Both the position numbers and the translations under genes were made by a program. The notes beneath the pieces were generated by a model that saw nothing but the letters and a program-made list of their open reading frames with translations, ran no database searches and was not told the origin of the DNA. From the NCBI GenBank assembly GCA_038046645.1, contig JBBSVU010000014.1, forward strand, positions 1,512 to 65,511: a stretch of DNA of 64,000 nucleotides. The letters run 5' to 3'. The stretch is from an archaeon. Lineage in GTDB: Archaea; Iainarchaeota; Iainarchaeia; Iainarchaeales; 0-14-0-20-34-12. Of this stretch, positions 51,759 to 61,128 are shown piece by piece. Within the stretch, counting starts at the first letter, position 1; each line of letters opens with the position of its first letter.

Positions 51759-52281
51759 CAGAATCATCTCCTACTTCTTCTGCAGATTCATCCCCGGTTT
51801 CTTCTGCAGATTCATCCCCGGTTTCTTCTGCAGATTCATCTTCACCAAGGCCTTCCTCTACCTTGTCTGCAAGCACATCAGATTTTTCTTCTGTTTTCTT
51901 TGATTTCTGTTTCTTGTGCTGTTTTTTTGGTTTTTCCTCTTCTTGGGAAATTTCCTCTCCTTCATCTTCAGCAACTTCCTTAATCTCAAGGAGTTCCTTC
52001 ATCAAAGGCAAGAATTGCTTCTGCTGAACCATCTTTGTGATTATTTGCCCTGCGTTTGTTACTGGGGAATATGCTCCACCAGTAAATTTTGCCCCGCATT
52101 TTCTGCATTTAAACAAACCTGAAGCTAGTCTTTTAACCTTAAACTGCTCACATTTTGGGCATTTGTGTTTCTTCCTTTGTATGGTTTCAACATCAACCAA
52201 TCGCTGCCTGATCTTTGTACCATATCTGCTGCCGAAACGCCCTGCCATCTTTACCTTTTTAGTGCTACCCACGTTCTTCAC
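51751..52281 (-). CDS. rpl37ae: ribosomal protein eL43 (L37Ae) with ~85-aa acidic repeat-containing C-terminal extension
   Basis: GSTKKVKMAGRFGSRYG...CPKC...CRKCGAKFTGGAY core (~90 aa), then a K/E-rich segment and GDESAEET x3. Confidence 0.9.
   Translation of the reverse strand: MKNVGSTKKVKMAGRFGSRYGTKIRQRLVDVETIQRKKHKCPKCEQFKVKRLASGLFKCRKCGAKFTGGAYSPVTNAGQIITKMVQQKQFLPLMKELLEIKEVAEDEGEEISQEEEKPKKQHKKQKSKKTEEKSDVLADKVEEGLGEDESAEETGDESAEETGDESAEEVGDDSDV
51772..51845. repeat. 24-nt tandem repeat (about 3 copies) encoding the GDESAEET units of the eL43 tail
   Basis: TTCTTCTGCAGATTCATCCCCGGT is repeated at 51775-51798 and 51799-51822, with a partial third copy. Confidence 0.75.
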
Positions 52282-53066
52282 CTCAAAAGCTTTCTAAGTT
52301 CATTTCCTTTTTCAATTGAAATGTCCGCAATGTGCTTTACTTCATCCTTAGTAAAGGAAGACACGCCCCCTTTTTGGATTGCACATATTGTTCCATCCTC
52401 CAATGTTGCCATTGAAAATCTAGCTGACATAGCCTTTTCTTCAACCAAGGAGGTATCTACGACAATTACATTGCCTATCTTTGCACAGGTTGTCAATAGA
52501 GGCATTGTTTGTACATCAAGATTGCCAAAATATTCACCTGATACTATTTTATCATCTTTAAATTTTGGTATCCTTGTATTCATCAACGCGCCTAATGCTG
52601 CCAAGGAACCAGCATCAAACAGATTGCCATCATCATTCCCAATATAGATATCAATGAAAACAACCCAAACCTTTTCCCCTGCTCTAATGCACAAAGCTTT
52701 TGAGTCAAGGCATTTTCCTTCCCTTATGCCCCGGTCAATTACTCTAGCTAATTCAGTAGATTCTTTAGATGGGGGGCCTGCTTCAAAACTTGGGGATGCC
52801 AATGGCATAAATTCTGCCAAAACAGAGATTGTGCCTTCATCAGGCATGTCAGGATACGGCAAGCCTGGAACCATTTTTACACCGGCATAAACAACTGTCT
52901 CTCCCATAGTAACTTTGCAGGAACCATCTGCATTTTGAAATAAGCCTTGCTCTATTTTAATATTTCTGTATTGTAAAAAATCACGGTCATCAATTCTTTT
53001 ATTTTCACGTATCTTTGCCAATACCTTTTCTTTTTTAAGTTCCCATAACGCGTTATCTGCATCCAT
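52278..53066 (-). CDS. rrp42: exosome complex component Rrp42
   Basis: RNase PH-like inactive subunit downstream of rrp41. Its stop overlaps the eL43 start (ATGA). Confidence 0.9.
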   Translation of the reverse strand: MDADNALWELKKEKVLAKIRENKRIDDRDFLQYRNIKIEQGLFQNADGSCKVTMGETVVYAGVKMVPGLPYPDMPDEGTISVLAEFMPLASPSFEAGPPSKESTELARVIDRGIREGKCLDSKALCIRAGEKVWVVFIDIYIGNDDGNLFDAGSLAALGALMNTRIPKFKDDKIVSGEYFGNLDVQTMPLLTTCAKIGNVIVVDTSLVEEKAMSARFSMATLEDGTICAIQKGGVSSFTKDEVKHIADISIEKGNELRKLLR

Positions 53067-53801
53067 TTAACTCACACTCTCGTCATTCTGCTTGAATTTT
53101 CCTTTCAAAGCATCCTTTTGGAATTCATAAACCCTTTTACAGCTTTTAATTCCTAATTCAACTAATTCATCAAATTCTGTTTTTGTAATCTCGCCATCCA
53201 TCTGCTGCAATACTATTTCTTCCGTATTCGGCAATATTGCAAAAGCCATGTCAACTGCATCTGGCGCATCCTCCTCCTCTTTTGTCAAGTCAGTAATTAA
53301 TGTTCCACCTGCCCTCCCAATTGCTACTGATGACACAAGATCAACCATAGGTATGCCTGCGTCTGCCAAAGCAACTGATGCTGCAGTCAAAGCTGCTACC
53401 CTTGTGCCAGCATTGCTGTCCATCACATAGGTAAAAACATCTATTTTTGTGTTTGGAAATCTGTTAACAAGCAATGCTTTTTCCAATGCATTACTGCCAA
53501 CCATAGAGATTTCCATATCTCGCCTAGCTGGTTTAGGATTTCTCCTTTCTGGCACAGAGAATGATGCCATCCTATAAACAAAATTCACGATTGCCTTTGT
53601 AGGATCCTGAATGTGCTGAGGAAGAGCTTCCCTCGGCCCATATACCCCGACAAGTATTTTGTTTCTTCCCCATTCTATGTAGCAAGAACCCTCTGCCCTT
53701 GTTATAACAGAAGGGGTTATTTTTATCGGCCTTATTTCATCAACCTTTCTTCCATCCAATCTCAGGCCGTCATCGTTCACATATATTAAGTCTTCATCCA
53801 T
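53067..53801 (-). CDS. rrp41: exosome complex exonuclease Rrp41
   Basis: RLDGRKVDEIRPIKI, AEGSCYIEWGRNKILVGVYGPRE, and an RNase PH phosphate-binding region. Confidence 0.9.
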   Translation of the reverse strand: MDEDLIYVNDDGLRLDGRKVDEIRPIKITPSVITRAEGSCYIEWGRNKILVGVYGPREALPQHIQDPTKAIVNFVYRMASFSVPERRNPKPARRDMEISMVGSNALEKALLVNRFPNTKIDVFTYVMDSNAGTRVAALTAASVALADAGIPMVDLVSSVAIGRAGGTLITDLTKEEEDAPDAVDMAFAILPNTEEIVLQQMDGEITKTEFDELVELGIKSCKRVYEFQKDALKGKFKQNDESVS

Positions 53802-53823
53802 ATATTCACCTTTTGTTCAAAAA

Positions 53824-54837
53824 TTAAAACTCCTCTCTTGGCTTTCTTCTAAACCCTCTTGAATCATCTCTTCCAAAGCCTCTTGGCCTACTGTCTCCAA
53901 AGTCACTTCTCGGTCTGTCTCCAAAGTCACTTCTTGGGGCTCTCGGTCTGTCTCCAAAGTCACTTCTCGGTCTGTCTCCAAAGTCACTTCTTGGGGCTCT
54001 TGGCCTACTATCTTCAAAGTCTCTTCTTGGTCTATCTCCAAAGTCTCTTCTTGGGCCTCTATGAAATCCACCTTCTCTTCTTGGCCCAAAGCTCCTATCG
54101 CCAAATGGCCTTCGATTTCCAAATGACCTTCTTGGGCCTCTCCTGAAATCCCTTTCACCATAGCCCTCATCTGAACTCATATCAAACATCTCGGATTCTG
54201 GATGTTCTGAAGTATCTTTTAATTCTGCCTTCTGGTCAAGATAGGCTTTCATGCGGTCAGTCAAGCTGCTTAAATGCGCCTCATCATTTATTTTTTCTAC
54301 TGCTTCTCTTAGAAGTTTGACTGCTTGGTCAGAACCCTTAACCCATATTCGGCCGTTTTTTCCAACAACCATCTGGACGCCGGTGCCAGTAGTAAGCACT
54401 TCAAGCATACTGCCATTTTTTCCAATAATTCTAGGAACCTTTACCGGGCTTGTAGTAATTAAATCCCCACCCAAAAATGGTTTTATATCCTCAAGCTCAA
54501 CCTGGTTCACTTCATTTACACTAATTATTTTTGCCATAACCATTGCGCCTTTATTTAATTTTTTTCTTACTCCCTCTTTTCTGAAAAAAGCCGGGCTGAA
54601 TGAATTTATATTTATAGAATAACCTGCAAAGGATTCATCTCCAATTAATCCAACAATGACATCGCCTTCCTTAGGCATATATTTGCCTTGCAAAGGTATT
54701 ACCCTGGCAATATCTGATTCGGATTCTGCTATTCCCAATGCCTCAGAATATATTTTTCCTTCCCTTTGGTAGACATTTTCCCCTGCTTTCTTTCTTTCTT
54801 CAGTAACTAATTCTCCTGGTACTACAATACGTTTCAT
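53824..54837 (-). CDS. rrp4: exosome RNA-binding subunit Rrp4 with ~100-aa Arg/Asp/Phe/Gly-rich repeat tail
   Basis: N-terminal, S1 and KH domains (VPRIIGKNGSM), then tail repeats RPR(AP)RSDFGD. Confidence 0.9.
   Translation of the reverse strand: MKRIVVPGELVTEERKKAGENVYQREGKIYSEALGIAESESDIARVIPLQGKYMPKEGDVIVGLIGDESFAGYSININSFSPAFFRKEGVRKKLNKGAMVMAKIISVNEVNQVELEDIKPFLGGDLITTSPVKVPRIIGKNGSMLEVLTTGTGVQMVVGKNGRIWVKGSDQAVKLLREAVEKINDEAHLSSLTDRMKAYLDQKAELKDTSEHPESEMFDMSSDEGYGERDFRRGPRRSFGNRRPFGDRSFGPRREGGFHRGPRRDFGDRPRRDFEDSRPRAPRSDFGDRPRSDFGDRPRAPRSDFGDRPRSDFGDSRPRGFGRDDSRGFRRKPREEF
53892..54057. repeat. tandem 24/33-nt repeats (57-nt higher-order unit x2 plus degenerate copies) in the rrp4 3' region
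   Basis: GTCTCCAAAGTCACTTCTCGGTCT alternates with GTCTCCAAAGTCACTTCTTGGGGCTCTCGGTCT. Confidence 0.8.
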
Positions 54838-54898
54838 AAAATCACATCATCAATTTTAAAAATAACATTTTAATTAAATTTATTTGCAAACCCAAAAA

Positions 54899-55594
54899 TC
54901 ATTTTTCTATGAACCTTATGTTTGCGGTTCCTTGCGTAAACTTATTCATCTCGCCAATTATATCATTCTTTAATCCTGCAGGGATTTCAACCACTGCGAT
55001 AAATGAGCCGTCTGGCTGCCATTCATGTTTTTTGATAACATACCTATGCAAAAAGGATTGCCCTTTTCCAGCATAGGCTGCAGGCAGCATTATTGCTACC
55101 TCCAGATTTTCTATGGATATCGGAATTATTTTTTTTATCTCCTTAAGTATTAATGGTATTTGTTCCTGCACAGGCTTGAATATGTCAACAGTAATCCTTG
55201 CTTCAGCCATTGCATTCTCAATCCTTTGTGGCGGGTTTGGCGCTTTTGTTTGGGGATTCATTGAATGCCTTGCAAAGTAAGCAATAATTTCCTGCGTTTT
55301 CTTTTCCTTCAGTGCCCGTCTCTGGTCGGTTGTTAATTGCACCTCTCCCTTAGTAATAATAATTTTTGAAATTTCCCCCAAATCTTCTGTCTTGAAAGTG
55401 GATTTTATTGTTTCGGGCGATTGTTCTTCGCCTTTGTTTGCATCTTTGAAAACCCTGTCAATTGCCATCAGGTCATTTATTGGAATGTCCTTGCCGGATT
55501 TCACATCAGTGGCTAGATTCGGGTCTACTAAAATCTCAAATTTGTGCCCTGCTAAACTATATCTCGCAATTACAGCTTTCTCTAAAGAAACCAT
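54899..55594 (-). CDS. SBDS/Sdo1-family ribosome maturation protein
   Basis: ARYSLAGHKFEILVDP...; 231 aa; superoperon position between rrp4 and psmA. Confidence 0.9.
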   Translation of the reverse strand: MVSLEKAVIARYSLAGHKFEILVDPNLATDVKSGKDIPINDLMAIDRVFKDANKGEEQSPETIKSTFKTEDLGEISKIIITKGEVQLTTDQRRALKEKKTQEIIAYFARHSMNPQTKAPNPPQRIENAMAEARITVDIFKPVQEQIPLILKEIKKIIPISIENLEVAIMLPAAYAGKGQSFLHRYVIKKHEWQPDGSFIAVVEIPAGLKNDIIGEMNKFTQGTANIRFIEK

Positions 55595-55614
55595 GTTAAT
55601 CCTTGAATTGTTTT

Positions 55615-56334
55615 TTAAAGGTAGGCTTGCAGTTTATCAGAAGGAATCATCTCAAATGGCTTGCCTTCTTCAATGAATGCAAAGCAGACATTGTTTACAT
55701 CAAACTGCCTCTTCTCATAAGAAGTAGCATTTATAATCTTCAATGCCAACTTGATTGCTTTTTCCAAAGTTATGCCTGCTTTATATTCCTTCTCAAGCAT
55801 CTCCATTGCTTTTTTCTTGCCTTGGCCAATCGCTACAGCGTTATATTCAGCCAATGCACCAGCAGGCTCTGTTTCAAACAGTTGTGCCTTGCCAGCATAT
55901 ATCCCGCCAATAATCAAGCTAATGCCAAACGGCCTCATGCCTGCATATTGGGTAAATAATTGATTTACAGATGCAATTTCTTTCACCAAAGCATCTACCT
56001 GAATCTTTTCATCATAAAGCATGCGATTTTCCTGGCATTTTTGCCTAGCTATTTTTACCAATCGCCTTGCATCGCCTACCAAGCCTGAACTCACAGCACC
56101 AATATGTTCATCAACCTTGAATAATTTTTCAATTGAGGGTGCAATAACTAACGAACTCACAATGTTTTTATCTGCAGCCAATAACACACCTTTATTGTAA
56201 ACAAGCCCTACTCCTAAAGTTCCTTGTTCAACAATCTTTGAGGCATACTCTACTTGGTATAATCTCCCTTTTGGGGAAAACATTGTTGCTACACGGTCAT
56301 AGCCGCTTGTCTTTGCGTCAGAATCAGGATACAA
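55615..56334 (-). CDS. psmA: proteasome subunit alpha
   Basis: YDRVATMFSPKGRLYQVEYA, GTLGVGL, and the rest of the alpha-subunit fold motifs. Confidence 0.95.
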   Translation of the reverse strand: MYPDSDAKTSGYDRVATMFSPKGRLYQVEYASKIVEQGTLGVGLVYNKGVLLAADKNIVSSLVIAPSIEKLFKVDEHIGAVSSGLVGDARRLVKIARQKCQENRMLYDEKIQVDALVKEIASVNQLFTQYAGMRPFGISLIIGGIYAGKAQLFETEPAGALAEYNAVAIGQGKKKAMEMLEKEYKAGITLEKAIKLALKIINATSYEKRQFDVNNVCFAFIEEGKPFEMIPSDKLQAYL

Positions 56335-56462
56335 AATCCCACCTCTATTTCAATCAATTAATAATATAAATATAATAAGCTCTAATTACTAAAAGTAAAA
56401 CATAAGCTATATAAACAGTATGCTGGCGGCTGTTTTCAATATGGCAATAGGATATAGCTTGA

Positions 56463-56810
56463 TTAGCCTGTTTTCAGGCTTTTTATGGTTCCGCTTGTTT
56501 TTAACAGCCTTACTGAAACCTTAATGTTATTTACATGACTTAACAATACCAAACCTGCTTTTAAGGTCTGCAATGAATCCCTTGAACATCTTAGAATTCC
56601 TAAGCCTGATTCAGGATCATACAGCACAAGGGAAAAATGCATTTCTGCAAAATGCAAGCTGCCTAACAAAGAAAGCAGATGGCCTATCAATGAATAATTA
56701 ACATCCCTCTGCGAAAACTTATTTTCAGAAACTATTTGAAATTTCAGATAGCGCTTCTTGATGCGCCAACTTGCCGGCAATGCCTTTGTTGATTTTTTCT
56801 GAACCTGCAT
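56463..56810 (-). CDS. RNase P protein component 2 (Pop5/Rnp2)
   Basis: LPASWRIKKRYLKFQIVSE...GILRCSRDSL...TSGTIKSL matches the Pop5 pattern. Superoperon context. Confidence 0.7.
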   Translation of the reverse strand: MQVQKKSTKALPASWRIKKRYLKFQIVSENKFSQRDVNYSLIGHLLSLLGSLHFAEMHFSLVLYDPESGLGILRCSRDSLQTLKAGLVLLSHVNNIKVSVRLLKTSGTIKSLKTG

Positions 56811-56861
56811 AACTGAAGAATAAGCAGAATAGGTTAAAAACGGTTCTCACAATTCTTTTTT

Positions 56862-57668
56862 ATGAACCTTTTTCTGAAGATGCTGATTTTGTTTGTAATA
56901 ACGCAATTGCTCGGGCTGTATATTGCAAATGCATTCCTTCAGGAAAATATAAAAACCACAATCATAAATGACAACCCTAATGATATATGGAATGCAATTG
57001 GATTGATAAGCTATATACTAATTTTTACTGGAATATTCCTGCTTGTGATGAAATTTTCAAAAACCGGAAAAATACTCTCACTGATGGAAAAGGTTGTTGT
57101 GTTTTCAACAACAAGCATTTTTGTTTATCTTTTTGTGCCTGAACTTTCCTTTTTGTTTGCAATTTTATTTTTAGCATTAAGGATTCTGCTGCCTGAAAGC
57201 ATTATGCTAAGGAATATTTCTGCAATCATTTCATCTGCTGTTGTAGGCAGCTTGATTGGCGTTTCATTAAACATTATTCCGGTAATTGTTTTTGTTGCTG
57301 CATTATCTATCTACGATATCATAGCTGTTTTCTTTACAAAACACATGGTTGCAATGGCTGAAACATTGAAGGAGAAAAACCTTGCATTGGCCTTTGCTAT
57401 TCCAACCAAAGAACACAATTATTTGATAGGCACTGGCGATTTGGTTATTCCGCTTGTTTTTGTTGTATCTGCAATGAGTTCTTTTTTTGCAGAAACTGCA
57501 GATAAATTTTTGTCAAATGTTTTAGGGTTAATTATTCTGGTTATGTCCCTGCTGGGAATAGGCATTACCTTATGGATTACTAAAAATAAAAAGATGGCAA
57601 TGCCTGCCCTGCCTTTGCAATGCTTGTTTATGATAATTGCCTGGTTTGTTTTTAATTTCTTCTTCTGA
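56862..57668 (+). CDS. presenilin/signal-peptide-peptidase homolog (A22 intramembrane aspartyl protease)
   Basis: All three signature motifs in order: YD (SIYDIIAVF), GxGD (LIGTGDLVIP), PAL (AMPALPL). About 9 TM. Confidence 0.8.
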   Translation: MNLFLKMLILFVITQLLGLYIANAFLQENIKTTIINDNPNDIWNAIGLISYILIFTGIFLLVMKFSKTGKILSLMEKVVVFSTTSIFVYLFVPELSFLFAILFLALRILLPESIMLRNISAIISSAVVGSLIGVSLNIIPVIVFVAALSIYDIIAVFFTKHMVAMAETLKEKNLALAFAIPTKEHNYLIGTGDLVIPLVFVVSAMSSFFAETADKFLSNVLGLIILVMSLLGIGITLWITKNKKMAMPALPLQCLFMIIAWFVFNFFF

Positions 57669-57710
57669 AAAAAATAGGAATAACAACCGGTTGGCTATGC
57701 TGCATAAAGA

Positions 57711-58292
57711 TTAGAATCCAAAAATTGACCTGATTGCACTAATTGAATAATAGCCGGCATACAGAATTATTATTGCACGAATTGATTTCCCTAAATAGCA
57801 AAAAGCGAAAAACTTTTTGTAATCATACTTCAGGATGCCTGCAGCTAACCCTACAATGTCCATGGGAAATGGCGTGAAAGAGCCTAAAAAAATAATTATC
57901 CCACCATGTTTATTTATTCTTTTTTTTGCCTCACTAAGCATGGAAAATTCCCGCTTGTTTATTTGTTCAAGGCTTTCTGTGCCATAGTATCCGACAACAT
58001 AGCTTGTTGATTCGCCGATTGTTGATGCTATGCCTAAAAGCAGGCCCAAAAGCAATGGCGTTAAAAGCCCGAGATTGAAAAAATCTATCTGGGCTGAAAG
58101 GAAAATTAAAATATCAACAGGCACTGGAAACATTATTGTTGCATTGCCAATAACTGTTGCAACAAACAGCCCTGCAACCCCATAATTCAGGACAAGGTCA
58201 TGCACAATCTTTGGGTTATTAATAAAAATATAAATAATTGCCAAAATTGCAAGGATTGCTGCAACAGCTATAACCAAAGTCTTTTTTTCCAT
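57711..58292 (-). CDS. DedA/VTT-domain membrane protein
   Basis: YGVAGLFVATVIGNATIMFPVPVDIL and a later G-rich re-entrant motif. Confidence 0.65.
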   Translation of the reverse strand: MEKKTLVIAVAAILAILAIIYIFINNPKIVHDLVLNYGVAGLFVATVIGNATIMFPVPVDILIFLSAQIDFFNLGLLTPLLLGLLLGIASTIGESTSYVVGYYGTESLEQINKREFSMLSEAKKRINKHGGIIIFLGSFTPFPMDIVGLAAGILKYDYKKFFAFCYLGKSIRAIIILYAGYYSISAIRSIFGF

Positions 58293-58427
58293 CCATCCCC
58301 CTACGTTAATTAAGTAAGCATTTTGGGAATATAATACTTGCGTTCTTTGCCAGATGGCTAAAAATGCCCGGGTTTAGATTTAAAAAATAACCTTTATATT
58401 ATAATAGTGTCGAATTAAGGGGATTTT

Positions 58428-58826
58428 ATGGAATATGAAGAAATGCTTGATAGTATCTACAAAAAAATGCCTGAAAAAACACTGTTGAAAGAAAGGTTTG
58501 AGCTGCCATTAGTAAATTCAATTATACAGGGAAGCAAAACAATTGTGCATAATTTCGATAAAATACTAAAGGCAATAAGAAGGGATGAGATTTCAATATT
58601 GAAGTATCTGACAAAGGAGCTTGCAACAGCCGCAACAATATCTGAGGGAAAACTTATATTGAAAGGAAAATTCAGCAGCGAACAATTGCAAAGGGTCATA
58701 ACTGAGTATACTAATAGGCACGTTTTATGCAAAGAATGCAAAAGGCCTGACACTAAGGTCATAGAAAGCAAAGGGGTAAAAATGCTGAAATGCGAGGCAT
58801 GCGGTGCAGTATCCCCGGTAGCCTAA
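58428..58826 (+). CDS. translation initiation factor aIF2 beta
   Basis: C-terminal zinc knuckle CKECKRPDT...LKCEACGA, with the central helical domain. Confidence 0.9.
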   Translation: MEYEEMLDSIYKKMPEKTLLKERFELPLVNSIIQGSKTIVHNFDKILKAIRRDEISILKYLTKELATAATISEGKLILKGKFSSEQLQRVITEYTNRHVLCKECKRPDTKVIESKGVKMLKCEACGAVSPVA

Positions 58827-58872
58827 GGATTGCAAGATATTGTGAAGCTTCACAGAAGCTTCAGTAAAATAG

Positions 58873-59172
58873 GTGAAAAAAATAATCCATAAAATTCATA
58901 AAAAGGAAGGGTTTGAAATATTTGCTGCTTGCGATAAAGAACTTATTGGGCAAACAATCAGTGATGAATCCTATTCGGTCAAGGTAAGCGAATTTTTTTA
59001 TGGAACTGAAGCAATAACTGAAAAGGCTTTGGAAAAGGCACTTAAGGAAGCAACAAATGCCAATCTTATTGGTGAAAAAGTAGTAAAAATTGCGCTTAAA
59101 TCAGGCTTAATCAAGGAAAAGAACATAATAAAAATTGGTTCTACCCCTCATGTTCAAATATACCGCATATGA
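58873..59172 (+). CDS. DUF424-family protein
   Basis: KIHKKEGFEIFAACDKELIGQ...VKVSEFFYG pattern. GTG start. Confidence 0.55.
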   Translation: MKKIIHKIHKKEGFEIFAACDKELIGQTISDESYSVKVSEFFYGTEAITEKALEKALKEATNANLIGEKVVKIALKSGLIKEKNIIKIGSTPHVQIYRI

Positions 59173-59178
59173 TTATAT

Positions 59179-59523
59179 ATGAATAGAAAACAAAATCATT
59201 CAAGTAATGGGCAAGCAACAGAAGGGTACATAAAACTGCCAAAAACAAAAGAATTTGAAATGTTTGCCATTGTGACAAAAATGGAGGGCGCAAACCATTT
59301 AAGGGCAAAATGCGCTGATGGCATTGAAAGGCTGTGCAGAATCACGGGGAAGATGAAGAAAACAGTCTGGATACGAGAGGGAGATTTAATCTTGATAAAG
59401 GTATGGGATTACCAGCCAAGCAAAGCAGATATTATTTGGAGATATTTAGGGCCGCAAAGGCATGCACTTGAAAGGAAAGGTCATCTGAACTGGCTTACAA
59501 ACCCGGAAACAATTCAAAAATAA
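59179..59523 (+). CDS. translation initiation factor aIF1A
   Basis: S1-like OB fold: FAIVTKMEGANHLRAKCADGIERLCRITGKMKK.VWIREGDLILI. Confidence 0.9.
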   Translation: MNRKQNHSSNGQATEGYIKLPKTKEFEMFAIVTKMEGANHLRAKCADGIERLCRITGKMKKTVWIREGDLILIKVWDYQPSKADIIWRYLGPQRHALERKGHLNWLTNPETIQK

Positions 59524-59564
59524 TATTTAAATAAATTTAAATCAAATTTAAGCATTCTATTTTT

Positions 59565-60314
59565 ATGCAGGAAGAAAATATCCGAAAATTATTCAAGGAA
59601 GAAAACCTAAGGAAGACAGTAAACCTGGTTTTTGACAATGAAACAATACTAGCTGTCCACGAGCTTTCTGAGAAAGGATATATTGAAACAATTGAAAATA
59701 TTATAAGTCCGGGAAAGGAAGCATTTGTTTTTATTGCAAAAGATTCTTCAGGAAAAGGAAGGGCAATTAAAGTTTACAAAAAAACCCCGAGCTTTAAAAA
59801 AATGGAAACTTATATTTCCGGGGATTTGAGATTTGAAAAAATTAAAAAAGGGCCTGAACTGATTTATGAATGGACCCGCAAGGAATTCAAAAACCTAACA
59901 AGGTTAAGCAAGGCAGGGATTGCTGTTCCAAAACCATTTGCATTCAAAAAAAATGTGCTTGTAATGGAATTGATTGAAGAAAACGGTGAACCCTGCAAAA
60001 AGCTAAAAGAAAATCCAATTAAAGACAAGGAAAATTTTTACATTAAGCTTGTTGAATACATAGCAAAGATGGTAAATGAGGCTAAATTGATACATGCTGA
60101 CTTATCTGAATACAACATGCTAAACAGAAATGATTTACCTGTGATAATTGATTGCGGGCAAGCAGTTTTAACAAGCCACCCAAATGCACAGGAATTGTTT
60201 GAAAGGGATATTAAAAATCTGGCAAATTATTTTACAAAACAGGGATTAAACAAGAGTTTTGAGGAAATGTATCAAGATATAAAGAAATTTGAGTTAAAAA
60301 AAGATAGTTCATAA
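59565..60314 (+). CDS. RIO-type serine protein kinase
   Basis: ISPGKEAFVF, AIKVYK, catalytic HADLSEYNML, metal-binding IIDCGQAV. Confidence 0.9.
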   Translation: MQEENIRKLFKEENLRKTVNLVFDNETILAVHELSEKGYIETIENIISPGKEAFVFIAKDSSGKGRAIKVYKKTPSFKKMETYISGDLRFEKIKKGPELIYEWTRKEFKNLTRLSKAGIAVPKPFAFKKNVLVMELIEENGEPCKKLKENPIKDKENFYIKLVEYIAKMVNEAKLIHADLSEYNMLNRNDLPVIIDCGQAVLTSHPNAQELFERDIKNLANYFTKQGLNKSFEEMYQDIKKFELKKDSS

Positions 60315-60474
60315 AACCAAAAACTGCGGAATTAAGCCATAATTAGGCATAATTTGGCATTATGGCAATAATATATAAATATATATTAATAATATATTTA
60401 TAGTAGGAGACCTAAACAATTTAATTAAAATTGTCTCTTACTATATTGAAAACTACTTTGGAAATTGTGTAAAA

Positions 60475-61008
60475 ATGTTTGATGAAGAACAGATTAACAT
60501 ACCTAAAGACAGGATCGCTGCTTTGATCGGAAAAAATGGAAGTACAAGAAAACAGATTGAAGAAATGACTAAAAGCAAATTGAATATTGACAGTAAAACT
60601 GGCGAAGTAGTTATAGAAAATGATGACGTATATATGCTCCATAAAACTGACGAAATTGTAAAAGCAATTGCCAGAGGTTTTTCACCTGAAAAGGCACTGC
60701 TGCTTTTAAATGATGAATTTTACATAGAAATCTTGCATTTGAAGGAAATTGTGGGCAAGAGTGAGAAGGAAATAAAAACAAAGAAAGCAAGGGTAATTGG
60801 AAGGCAGGGATCAATAAGGGCAGAGATTGAAGAAAAGACAAATACATATATTTCTGTTTATGGAAATACAATTGGAATAATTGGCGAGATTAACGGAATT
60901 GAACTCGCGAAGGAAGCGGTTGAAATGTTATTAAAAGGCGCAAAGATTGAAAGCATGAAAATATACCTTGACAAAAGGATTGCAAAAAAAGGTGAATTTA
61001 AATTATAA
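60475..61008 (+). CDS. two-KH-domain RNA-binding protein (Dim2/Pno1-like)
   Basis: IGKNGSTRKQIE and IGRQGSIRAEIE, two GxxG KH motifs. Confidence 0.75.
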   Translation: MFDEEQINIPKDRIAALIGKNGSTRKQIEEMTKSKLNIDSKTGEVVIENDDVYMLHKTDEIVKAIARGFSPEKALLLLNDEFYIEILHLKEIVGKSEKEIKTKKARVIGRQGSIRAEIEEKTNTYISVYGNTIGIIGEINGIELAKEAVEMLLKGAKIESMKIYLDKRIAKKGEFKL

Positions 61009-61128
61009 TTGCAGTTTAAATTAAAAATTATTGAACAGCAGAATTAAATTAAAAAGTATTGGAGATTAAAAATTATTTTGTTTTATAAAAAATATTGATT
61101 TTTTAATTTCGTAAAGAAATCGGGTGGT

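Noticed and set aside
51653-52027. 124-aa and 74-aa plus-strand ORFs opposite eL43/rpoP
   Set aside because: They are antisense to conserved genes and to the acidic repeat, with low-complexity Ser/Phe products.
53817-54170. 117-aa and 95-aa ORFs overlapping the rrp4 3' region (both strands)
   Set aside because: These are alternative-frame artefacts of the tandem repeats. The rrp4 frame is continuous with the conserved S1/KH domains.
60315-60474. C/D-box sRNA genes (expected because fibrillarin and Nop5 are present) in this and other spacers >100 nt
   Set aside because: I scanned the spacers by eye for RUGAUGA...CUGA pairs at sRNA spacing and found none convincing. A dedicated search (snoscan/Infernal) is needed.
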